A stretch of 63,102 bases of DNA, filler included. It is 14 parts of 14 records of this genome, joined end to end, with 100 filler letters (N's around TTAATTAATTAA, not from the genome) between each part and the next. Parts side by side here need not be neighbours in the genome. Positions count along the whole stretch, not along the records: positions 31,758 to 37,683 come from SRR15195285_5052; positions 37,784 to 42,959 come from SRR15195285_5056; positions 43,060 to 46,060 come from SRR15195285_5060; 11 more parts are not named here. One strand, written 5' to 3'. Positions 35,809 through 46,160 of this stretch are shown here, in pieces (the first letter of the stretch is position 1; each line of letters begins with the position of its first letter). A program made the translations under genes and the position numbers. The notes under the pieces were generated by a model. That model was not told where the DNA came from. It saw only the letters and a list, made by a program, of their open reading frames with translations, and made no database searches.

Positions 35809-37218
35809 TTAGTACGGCTCGTTCCAAGTCCACAGATTGGCGGACCACTTAGAGTTGTTGCCACCTGCGCCCGTCGCGCAGCTACTGTGCAAGCTAAAGC
35901 GGTCTTGTGCGCCGTCCGCCCTGATGTTGTACCAAAAGATCGCCGAACCTTGCTGTGGTACAACCCGCAATCCAGTTGAGTTAGCCGTGCACTCCGGGCA
36001 CTCATCCGATTCCGTTAGAGGACGCCCGCCCGCTCTCGGGAAAAGCGTCTCCCCCCCACCATCCTTTGGCTTTCGAAGATACACTAGCAGCGTGGACAAC
36101 CGATCTCGGTACCGCTTATGTCGGGTCGGTTTGACAGTGTTGCTCATCCTTGTATTCTTCACGTGGTAGCCGTGTGCGTCTAGGTGCGCGTCGAAACGAT
36201 CCCCCGCTCGGTATTCTAAGATGTAAAGGGGCTCATTGTGTGACGCAGGTGCTCTGGTGATGTCCTGCGCAATGTCTTCGATCGTGGCGATTGATTGATC
36301 TGCCACGAGCAAGAGATTCTCGTCATGGTGATCCCATTTCTCTCCTTTCAACGCGGGCGGTTGCGCATGGCCGGTGCACACCGCCAAACGTCGTGGTCTC
36401 AAGCCCTTGGCCATGGGGCGCATATGCTCTTCACCGAGAGCAATCAGCCGCTCGGCGTTCTCAATGGGCAGCAAGTTGGCGATAGAAAACACGAGCGGCT
36501 GCAAAGACAGCGTTGTCATCATGATGTTGCCACCTGCCCTCGTTGCCAACGTTCGCTCGTACCCGTGGCGAATCCCAGGCCACATGAAGACGCCACCCTC
36601 GTACACGTACACAGCTCCACAGTTTCCTAACGCCTCAACGAGTGCACCAGGGTGGGGTGACAACGGCTTCCCGCCGGGGGAAAAGCCCCGCCACTCATTG
36701 GCATGCCGTCTGGCCCCTCGAAACTCGCGCAGCTCGAGCACTGTGGATTGAGTCAGCGTCCCCGCGCGCCGGAGGCGGCGGTACAGGAGCGGCCTTTCGG
36801 CAGCTGCGGCTTGTTTCAGTGCTGGCAACACCTCTGCAATCGGTGCTTGGCAAGACGATAGCTCCAGGGTCGGTGGCGCGCTGCTAGCTACACCATCGAC
36901 ATGGACTGTCACCGCACACCTCGCGGCGCCGTTTGACACATTGCTCGACGCCTGCTGCGGCAGCAGCTGCAGCACGTGCATGCCTTGCATCAAGTCATCG
37001 CTGAGGTGCTGCTGCGAGGCGAGCCCGCAAGCAGGGCCTGAGCTGTGGCCTGCGTCCCAGGCGGAGACGGCCTCGAGTGGAGGAGCTGACCCAAGTCGAC
37101 TTGTCGATGTCTGCGACCTGCAGCCCTCGTGCTGCGCATTCGTTGCATCGGGCGCGTGAGTCCGTGTCACTGCTGCAGCGATGGCCACCCACGCAGTGAG
37201 CACGCGGCGCAGCACCAT
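35809..37218 (-). CDS. Prolyl 4-hydroxylase alpha-like 2OG-Fe(II) oxygenase, secreted
   Basis: Signal peptide, 'TLSLQPLVFSI', 'YRAGDRFDAHLD', 'GGGETLFP', 'SLHSSC', 'KWSANLW'. Confidence 0.88.
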   Translation of the reverse strand: MVLRRVLTAWVAIAAAVTRTHAPDATNAQHEGCRSQTSTSRLGSAPPLEAVSAWDAGHSSGPACGLASQQHLSDDLMQGMHVLQLLPQQASSNVSNGAARCAVTVHVDGVASSAPPTLELSSCQAPIAEVLPALKQAAAAERPLLYRRLRRAGTLTQSTVLELREFRGARRHANEWRGFSPGGKPLSPHPGALVEALGNCGAVYVYEGGVFMWPGIRHGYERTLATRAGGNIMMTTLSLQPLVFSIANLLPIENAERLIALGEEHMRPMAKGLRPRRLAVCTGHAQPPALKGEKWDHHDENLLLVADQSIATIEDIAQDITRAPASHNEPLYILEYRAGDRFDAHLDAHGYHVKNTRMSNTVKPTRHKRYRDRLSTLLVYLRKPKDGGGETLFPRAGGRPLTESDECPECTANSTGLRVVPQQGSAIFWYNIRADGAQDRFSLHSSCATGAGGNNSKWSANLWTWNEPY

Positions 37219-38233
37219 TGTCAAGCCGCCCAACTGCAACTCTACATGTGGCTAAAGTCGTGCAAGCGGCGTTTAATGCGCACGCCGTGGTGTGTACACA
37301 CTACACTTCATGTGCCGAATTGAGACGGAGCGGCTCGCCGGCTCCCCAGATGCTTGCGTTGGCCAACTTGAGTACTTGAGTACAGTACCGTAATCATAGC
37401 ACCGGTATGGTACATCCTACAGTAGTGTAGAGCATTATACCGTACGGTGGTATAGTACATTCGATGGCATTTGCGGCGGTACCCCCGGTACACGCACAGT
37501 GCACACGCCTGAGCTGCCGGTGAGTTCACTCTCTGGCATGTCTCAACTTGCTTGAATGTTCCGATTTCCGGATTCCTCACCCACGATCGTCGCGTCTGGA
37601 TCGTGGATCTGGATGAGGTCTGGATGAGGCGCGTGACGCATGTGTGCCTTATGATAGCCCCCGCACTCTTGGCAATATAATGANNNNNNNNNNNNNNNNN
37701 NNNNNNNNNNNNNNNNNNNNNNNNNNNTTAATTAATTAANNNNNNNNNNNNNNNNNNNNNNNNNNNNNNNNNNNNNNNNNNNNCGGTCTCGTCAGAATCA
37801 CACTGAATTTGCTGAGACATGTCTCGGCGACTCTGCCTCGTCCTCCTGACTGCAGACCTCTTTTGTCTGCATTTTCAAACTGAAAATTGTACACATGCTA
37901 TACTGAAATTTGACCAGGATTATCGCAATCAATTACCAGTTTTCAGTCGAGACGAACGTGGCAGTCAGACCAAGAATCTCGTACTTACTAGTATGATGGT
38001 TCGTATTCATTGTGATACAAAGAAGCGTGAGTAAATTCGACCCAATATCCAGTAGACTTCGAAATAATATACAGGCTCGTCGGAATCCGACGACTCGAGC
38101 CATTCGAGGATACGCGGAGCGGCAGGGACGCGTGTACGCGTGCATGAATCGCGCCGCGCACGCGAGTGCGAGGCACGGCGAGCTGCGTGCTGGCGTTATG
38201 CGGATCGCGATGTACCGCAGGCGACGGGTTGCA

Positions 38234-41186
38234 ATGCTTCTGGTGGCATTCAGCGCATTGCTGCTGCCCCTGGTAGCACGTGCGGCGAGTCCCAACCTCA
38301 TCTTTTGTTTGGTGGACGACTGGGGATACAACGACGTCGGGTATCACAACGTGAGTTCCGCACAGTCCATACGCTCGGTCGCCTGCGCCTGCCCGCCAAA
38401 TTCGATGTAGTTGCTATTCTTCTAGGTGTCGTGTGATCGTTGAGTGGCCCACAGTGTGTGCGGCGCCTTGGCCTGGATCCATCGTGTGACTGACTGACAA
38501 TCCGCATCGTCTGTGGTGGCGTGGTTGCAGACGGAGAACGAGGCTGTGATTCGGACGCCGAGTATAGATCGTCTGAGCAGCTCACCACACGGAGTAAGGC
38601 TTGAGCGATTCTACAGCCAGCCGATCTGCACGCCAACACGAAGCCAGACTCTCACGGGGCGCTACCAGATCCACACGGGCCTGCAGCATGGTATGCCAGC
38701 TTGACGCACTGTGGCCGCACCCACGTGATAGTAGCTGTCTGACGACAATCATGTCTCCTCTCCTCTTCCACCACAGGAGTTCTGTGGATGGGGCAGGAGA
38801 ACGGCCTGCCTTTGAACGAAACCACCGTCGCCGAGCATTTAAGCAGCCTCAACTACAGCTGCCACGCGATTGGCAAAGTGCGCACCCTTTCCTCGCGCAT
38901 CCGGCAGTGCGGCATTGCGCACTGCCAGCTGGACAGTTGCGACTACATTGTTTGACTGGATGGTCTGTGCAGTGGCACGTGGGGTTCGCAAATCTGAGCA
39001 TGACCCCTCTGCGACGTGGGTTTGACTCCTTCCTGGGATTTTGGGGCGGGTCTGAAGACCATTGGACGCACATTACCGGCCACTTGGACTTCAGAGATGG
39101 GGAGACAGTGGCTCGGAGCTATGGCTCGACCAATCAATCGAATGCTTCATACAGCACGCACATTTTTTCGCGGCGTGCTGTCGAAATCATCAACGCTCAC
39201 GCTGAGGCAAGCCGCCCTCCGTTTTTCATTTATCTGGTGAGTGTACATGGGTGGCTTTTGCTGCCTGCTTGATCCAGAATCACGACGTGAATCAGTGTAC
39301 ACCAAGTGAAGCCGCTCACGCGGGAACGCTTGCCGACTGCCGTTCGATATAGGCTTACCAAGCGACCCACGCGCCTCTGCAAGCTCCTGCTGATGTTGTA
39401 GCGACCTTTGCTCACGTGAAGGACACACAGCGCCGGACGTTCGCAGCAATGGCAGCGGTGGTAGACGAGGGGATAGGGAACATCACAGATGCACTGATGA
39501 GTTCGGGCAATACCAAGAGCGTGTTGTTTCTGAGCGGGGACAATGGTGGACAGGTTCATGCTGGAGGTTCGAACTACCCGCTACGAGGTATATTATAACA
39601 GCTACTGTGCCTCGTGCCTCGTGTGGCAGCCTGGCAGCACTTGCGGGCCTGTCCCGCGACTTGCTCACTGGATGCTGCCGGAACGCACTTCTGGTAGGAT
39701 ATAAAGGCTCGTTGTGGGAAGGGGGCTGCAGGGCTAGCGCGTTCATCTGGAGCCCGCTGCTTCCTACACGTGCAAATTTTGTCTGGCGAGGTGAGTTGCG
39801 CTGGAAGAGCCACAGCAGTATCGGCACTACGCGAATGACCGAAGTCCAGTTGGTCTACTTGCGTGTCGCTTGACTCCCTTCGTGATGAGTCAGGTTTGTT
39901 TCATGTCTCTGACTGGCTTCCTACAGCTCTTCAGCTCGCTGGAGTGGAACACCCGAAGCAGGATTTTCCAGAGCTCGATGGCTTTCCAATGTGGTGCGGG
40001 CCACTCATAATAGCCACGACCTGCTTGTGATGCTTTTAAATCGTGATTCCCTCTGGATCTGCCTCACTGCACATTGGCTGCTGCACCTGCACTACTGCTT
40101 GATGCTTACGATGATTTGCGTGGTGGTGGGAGCAGGGATGCGCTCACTACTGGTGGGGCGAGCCCACGGACTGAATTGTTGCATGAGATTGACCGCATCG
40201 CGTTTCCACAGTTCTCTTGCAGCGGTCCTATTGCAAGGTGTGATGGAAACGGCAGTGCTGGCTGGAGCATGCCTCCGATCCAAGATCGTTATGTGCGCGC
40301 AGCGATCCACGCGGTGGTAAACGGAACCAGCTACAAAATGGTGATCGGGGAGTGCAGCGGATGGGATACTGACAGTCAGATTCACCCGCCACCGCACTAT
40401 CCAGCGCCGTCTCCTACACCACTTCCCGCACGCTGCAGAGCCATGCCGACACGGAGCACGTTCAACCAGCCCATCGTGGACCGGACTTGGGTGTTCAACC
40501 TTGACAGCGACCCAAGCGAAAGCTGCGATATCAGCACAGCCGAGCCTGCGTTGCTGAAGCATATGATTGCTAGATTGGAGAGCTACAGGCCGACCGAAGT
40601 GCCTGTGCGGTACCCAGACGGAAATTCAAAACTTGATCCTGGCCGCTGTGACCCTCCACTCGACTACTGGTTCGCCAGCGACGAGCCAGGGCTCCAGAGG
40701 CGCTGTACTGGTTCGTACCGACCGCCACCACCCCCGTCACCTGCGCCAGTCGGGCCGAAGTTCCGGCTTGCGATGGCAAACAACCTCTCTGAGTGCCTGC
40801 TGGCGCCAGGGGCGGGCCCGGACTCGTGGCTGAAAGTTGGGCCGTGTGTGGCTAATGGCTCAGAGTGGCAGCAGTCAACTGATCCCTTCACGCAGCTTGC
40901 ATCTGTGGCCTACGATGGCTTGTGCCTGAACGTGTTCGGCGGTCCACCAGCGTGCTGTGTAGGGGGGAAGGATTCAGACCCGTCAAAGTTTCATCTGACG
41001 AGATGTGGGTGGGGACCTGGCAATCGGTTCAATTATACGGGCCAGGGTCAGCTAGCACTGATTGGTGCCAGCCGGTGGACCGCGTGCGAGAATCTATGCG
41101 TCTCACCAACGTCCCCACTGGTGTCACTGCGAAACTGCAGTCCCACCGCTTCCACACAGTGGGTTCGTGTGGATGTTAGTGAGTGA
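38234..41186 (+). CDS. Secreted arylsulfatase B-like (S1) sulfatase with C-terminal ricin-B-like lectin domain, multi-exon
   Basis: '[19 protein letters not shown]', FGly motif '[13 protein letters not shown]', 'IGK|WHVG', 'SGDNGG', '[15 protein letters not shown]', 'HVSDWLPT', 'FNLDSDPSE'. A Pro linker precedes a CL..C..W lectin-like tail. Confidence 0.92.
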
Positions 41187-41342
41187 AAGGAATGGACGCA
41201 GTCCATCCTGCTAGAAACCGTCTAGGTACATAAGCAGTCAGAGAGCCGTGGAGGGGATTTGCGCAAGGTGTGCAATCCACCATAGCCACAGTTAGCGCAG
41301 CTCCTCTCCTTTCACCTACACTTCTTATACAAAGCTAGGCAC

Positions 41343-42821
41343 TCAGATGTACGGAACCTCGTCAAGACATGCCTTCCACGGCCGCACGCTCTTGATCATC
41401 TGTGGAAACTGTTTGCGGCACTCCGCAACCGCCCCTACAAGGGCGGGCAACGCGTGCGTGTTTGACCCAATCGAGTGCCGGCCAATTAGCCTCCGCTCGT
41501 CGTTCATCGCCGCGGTAACTAGGGCCATCAATCTGTCGCAACTGCTTTCCACCTCGTCCCACCGAGCTTTGCCAAGCTGCAGGCTTGGTCGTGTGGCTTG
41601 ATACATACCATCCACGTTGAGATATGCCATGCCGTCTGGTGTCCAGCCGCCCGAGGGTTTCTCTAGCGCGAGACTGCTGTTGAGAACCTGGGCTGGGAAA
41701 GCAAAGGTGGCGTCGACACCAGGAGGTGCGTGCTTCGGATACATGACGACATGCTGCATAACGAAGTCAATGTGAAAGGAGCCGCCAATGCAGTTCATCT
41801 CACCATGCTTCGCAACTTGCGATGGAATGCACCAGAGACCTGTCGCTGGGTCCGTCTGTTGGCGCAGGTAGCTGTAGTACCAGCTGAGGAATTTGGCATG
41901 GCGCTCGAGGCCACCCGTGCTCTGGTTGGTCTGAATCCACCAGCTGGCGAGGCTTGCGATATTTTGGGCGCAGGCATATCCTTCATTACAGCCAGAGGAA
42001 ATATTCATGGGGGGCAGCGTGTCATCGGCATGTAACAGCCCGTGGACTGTGGGTTCCCAAAGGCTCGGAGTGGCTGCAATTTGCTCAAAGAGCATGTTGT
42101 TCAGAGCCGGCTGCGCGCCGAGAATGGAGAGCCCTGCGGTCACATACCCAGCAGCGTGCCACATCGAGCCACCAGCCTTCCCATGCGCGTCACTCTCGTG
42201 GAAGAACCCGTCCGGCCTTTGGAAGCTTTGAATCTGCTCGACGTACGCAGCCCGGTCCTCAGCGGTCAGGGTATCCAGCTGCCCTGTACCACACAGGACA
42301 TGAAGTACATCGGACGGGGCGTACGGGTGTGGCACATCGCCACCTGGCTCAAAGCTGAAATTCGCAGCGCCACCTGGGAGCTTGTACTGCGCAATCCACT
42401 TCGGCACCAGAGCCTCGAACTGACTCACGTCGTATACGGCCTTGACGGGTGAGGGTGGAGGTGGCGTGGGGGTTGGGGCTGGTGCAGGCAGGTGCTGGCT
42501 GCGGTTGACGTAGACCTGGCTCCCACAGCCCGAACGCTTGACGCCACCGCAGTCGGTGGTTTTCGCGAAGATCACGCAGGCTCTGTGGTCCGGCTCGCGA
42601 CCACCACAGTCCCATTCGAAGCCCCAGCTGCTCGAAGGCACGAGGGTGGCACAGTCAGCTGGCGTGTCGGCAGCGACAGAGGGTGTTTTGTGGTCGCCGA
42701 TGCAGAACGTGTCGTTCATGAGCTGAAATGCGTCGAGTGGTGGTGTTTGACCGGCCGGAACTGCAGCCAGCAGCTGCCTGCCACAGCCCACGATCCCCAG
42801 CGACAGCAGCGGGAGCGACAT
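41343..42821 (-). CDS. Secreted hypothetical protein: Cys-rich module, Pro/Thr linker, helical prenyltransferase/cyclase-repeat-like domain
   Basis: Intronless ORF with a hydrophobic N-terminus, 'PAPAPTPTPPPPSP' linker and QW-like motifs 'QRPDGFF', 'TDPATGLW', 'EKPSGGW'. Confidence 0.7.
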   Translation of the reverse strand: MSLPLLSLGIVGCGRQLLAAVPAGQTPPLDAFQLMNDTFCIGDHKTPSVAADTPADCATLVPSSSWGFEWDCGGREPDHRACVIFAKTTDCGGVKRSGCGSQVYVNRSQHLPAPAPTPTPPPPSPVKAVYDVSQFEALVPKWIAQYKLPGGAANFSFEPGGDVPHPYAPSDVLHVLCGTGQLDTLTAEDRAAYVEQIQSFQRPDGFFHESDAHGKAGGSMWHAAGYVTAGLSILGAQPALNNMLFEQIAATPSLWEPTVHGLLHADDTLPPMNISSGCNEGYACAQNIASLASWWIQTNQSTGGLERHAKFLSWYYSYLRQQTDPATGLWCIPSQVAKHGEMNCIGGSFHIDFVMQHVVMYPKHAPPGVDATFAFPAQVLNSSLALEKPSGGWTPDGMAYLNVDGMYQATRPSLQLGKARWDEVESSCDRLMALVTAAMNDERRLIGRHSIGSNTHALPALVGAVAECRKQFPQMIKSVRPWKACLDEVPYI

Positions 42822-43059
42822 CACGACGGACGGCAATGCTGTCCACGCAGCCCGGGCCCACGTGCAACAATTATTGGGCAGCACGCGCAGATCGCGCGAT
42901 GCACGCGTATCGTATGCATGGTGAGTCGCATTTGCATTCTGCATATGTTTGAGTTTTTCNNNNNNNNNNNNNNNNNNNNNNNNNNNNNNNNNNNNNNNNN
43001 NNNTTAATTAATTAANNNNNNNNNNNNNNNNNNNNNNNNNNNNNNNNNNNNNNNNNNNN

Positions 43060-44055
43060 CAGAGCTGGACAGGGACACGCAACACACGACAACTAGCGAC
43101 GTGTCCTCCCACAACGATTTAGAAGCGTGGCTGCGGCGCTGTAAGCTTCCAGTCGAAGCATTGATGCCAGCTTTTCTAAGCTTCTCCATCAACACGCCGC
43201 TGGATGCAACAGGTAAGCAAATCGTATGGTCTCATTCGCGCCTGCTTGAGCGCTCCTGGATCTCATATAACATGCTTTCGCATATCGTGCGTGCAGCACT
43301 TGATGATATGGAGCTGCAAGCGCTAGCAGAGGAGGCAAACCTTACGCCGGAAGATCCCACCTACAAGCTCCTGCACCGGGCGATTGAAGCCCTCCATTCT
43401 CAGATGCTAGCTTCTCTTGGGTCGCCAGTATTGTCAGCACCACGTGGTGCCAAACTTGAGACTACTGGCGAAGACAACCGGAAGTCCGATGGCCACAGTC
43501 CGAAGCAATCGCGACACGAGCACCGGGCGGACCGGACAGACTCCAAGCCGGGGCGACTGCATCACTCATTCTATATGGTGAGTAGAGATGGTGTGAAGGT
43601 TGGCGAACCCATTGTCGACGGCCACAACATCGCCCACGAGGACGTACGCGCTGCCCCCTACATTCAGCTTTGGGCAAAATAATGGGATCCTGCATGATTA
43701 TTTTGTGCTTTGTCGTCTGATCCAGCTAGTTTGCTCTCGGCTGCGTGCTTCTGAGCAGGTGCCTGTAGCGGATCTCGCTGTAAACCGTACCATTCTCAAA
43801 GCAGATGGCCGCACACTGAAGGCGAAGGATGGATTGATGGTGAAAAACAAGTCAGGAACGTGGCGGCGAGCGGTGATTCAGAAGGCCCCCGGCAAACACT
43901 GGCTGTCTGGCAGGCACCGCGGCGAGGTCAAAGTTCACTACATCGGTCTGGCGCATTCGCTTGACGCGTGGCTTCCCCGTGAATCGCTGCGTATAGGTTG
44001 GAGAATATGCCTGACAGCATTCGATGAAGAGAAGGACTTGGGCGGCCGGTGGTAA
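43060..44055 (+). CDS. Hypothetical protein with SAM-like and Tudor-knot/chromo-barrel-like domains; 5' partial, about 3 exons
   Basis: 'LEAWLRRCKLP..LMPAFLSFSINT..A|ALDDMEL' and 'WRRAVI...VKVHYIGLAHSLDAWLP'. Introns at about 43213-43296 and 43644-43758. Confidence 0.6.
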
Positions 44056-44190
44056 TGACGCACTCGATACATTCACGCAATTCTGCGGCACACTGACCGT
44101 GGCCGAATTTGCGGATTCAAGATCAGGACGGCGCAAAGTTCTCACCGAACGTATCCCAGTGGTGAGACTCGTACTCGCTTCCAGGCCCTC

Positions 44191-45961
44191 TTACTCCTTC
44201 ACAATTTCCACGTCGGCGCAGTTGCTCCAGATCTGGGCTGTCTCCTCACCTGTGAGAGATTGTATAGCTCCGACCGCTCAGACAAGCTCAGAAATGTACT
44301 ATGGTGGAGGAGAAATGGTACTCACAATCCCAGCGCCAGCCGAGCACCCAGTGACCCGGCTCAATATCCTTGGGAATAATCACCTCATCGGAGATGAGGC
44401 CAACCACCCAGTCATCAGAGCACGCTCCCATTCCGTTCCCATCGCAGTGTGTTGTCTTCGGGTCGCATGGCAGCTCCCCATTGTCGAAGTCGCAGGGCGG
44501 CTCGAACGCGTAACAGGCAGTGTAGTTTACGTAGCCACGGCTGCCATGAGTACAGTGTCCTCCCTGCGCTGCGGTGTGTGGGTGCAAGCCAGCTCGGCCA
44601 TCTTGAATGCGCGGGATCGGATCCCTTGCCCACATGCTTCCCTTCGGCCAGGTACCTTCATCGACGAAAACTGGTTTCGGAACAGGCAGGCGCAGTGTGC
44701 CGTTAGCTGGTGTCGGTGGCTTGGGCGCCCCCGCTTGTGTCGGCACGTTTTTCGTGTTCCAAACGAGCGTCTGCTTCGTCTTGTCGAAGGCAAGTGGCAT
44801 CTTTTGGAAACACTCCTCCGTCAACTCCTGGTCCGCCTTGCACAGCCTGTAGCTGTACCCGCCGCCATGCTGCGAACGCACGCAGAGAGATGCCGGCGTG
44901 AGAGTGAGCACAGGTGAGCAGAGCTGCCCGCGTCTGGCTGACTGGCTGGGAAGTTGCGAGGCGTACGTTGAAGCGGGGGCCCCACGCCACCTCGACTTGC
45001 GAGCCAGCCACCCAGCGCGGCATGACTTTGTTCGGCGGGAGCTTGGAGCCCATGTCCCCCCACTTAGAGAGCGTCGTGTTTGTGAAGACGGAGTCGCCCC
45101 CAATGTGCTGGTCCTGCCACTCGCCACCGGCCTGGCCACTGTGAACATGTGCGCGTGCGTGAGTCATTTGCTATACTGAGATGGCAGATCGATTAAAGGC
45201 CAGTCCACGGTACGGCGGGGGAGGAAGCCCAGGTCTGTGTTGCTTACCAGGCATCGACCACCGGAGCGTAGCCAGGCGCGCTGAACACACAAGGCACCGC
45301 ACCGTCAGTGTTCCCCCCGTCTAGCAGAAGCGAGGACCAAGCGGGCGCACCGCCACGGGTTGAAGCGGTATGCATCCTCGTCCGAACCCTCCATCGCGCC
45401 GATGTTGAGGGTCCACGCCTGCTTGGGGAGCGTCGAGTTGATGAGCGGAGTCGGGTTCGTCGCCGTCTTCTGAGAGTTGTACGTGGCATTGCAGTAGCGC
45501 GTCCCGAATCCGATCTTGCCTGCCTGCGCGCCAGTGCCGTGGAAGGTGCCCTTGTTGCCGTGCGGGCCCTCAGCGTTCGTCTGGCACTTCTCGCACCCGA
45601 TGGAGCAGCCCTGGCAAAGACCACAGTGCGCGCGTTTGGTTGTGAGCTGTGCAAGCCCCCAAGAAGTCTCTCCCACCCCTAATTAGTGAGCGAGCGGGAG
45701 AGTTAGCCTCGGAGGGCGCGCGCTCTCACTCACCTGGCTCCACCAGAGGCATGCCTGGCCATCACCACCGCTGCGGTGGCCCTGGTCGCACCCATCCGTG
45801 CCGTTGCCGTTGCCGTTCACGCAGGTGCACGGGGTGGCCGGCGACCGGCCTTCCTTGAACTGCGGCAGCACATTGTCCTGCGAGTTGCGGGGCGACGGGA
45901 TGTAGAGCGCGCCGTGCCCGAGGGCGACGCCGACGATGCTCGCGTACACGCAGGCTCGCAT
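44191..45961 (-). CDS. Secreted histidine-brace LPMO-like protein (chitin-binding-type-4-like), 6 exons
   Basis: Signal peptide then His1 'VALG|HGALYIPSPRN'; 'N|HGGGYSYRLC'; 'GHWVLGWRWDCEETAQIWSNCADV'. Exons 45961-45734, 45610-45351, 45280-45248, 45138-~44967, 44869-~44326 and ~44249-44191 are all GT-AG and in frame. Confidence 0.82.
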
Positions 45962-46160
45962 CTTCTCCTTCTCGAGCCTCCAAGCCTGGTTGTCCGATGT
46001 GTTCGTGCACGGCCCGTCCAATGCGATGTGCCACAGGCTGGGTTGGATTCCTGTGGAGTANNNNNNNNNNNNNNNNNNNNNNNNNNNNNNNNNNNNNNNN
46101 NNNNTTAATTAATTAANNNNNNNNNNNNNNNNNNNNNNNNNNNNNNNNNNNNNNNNNNNN

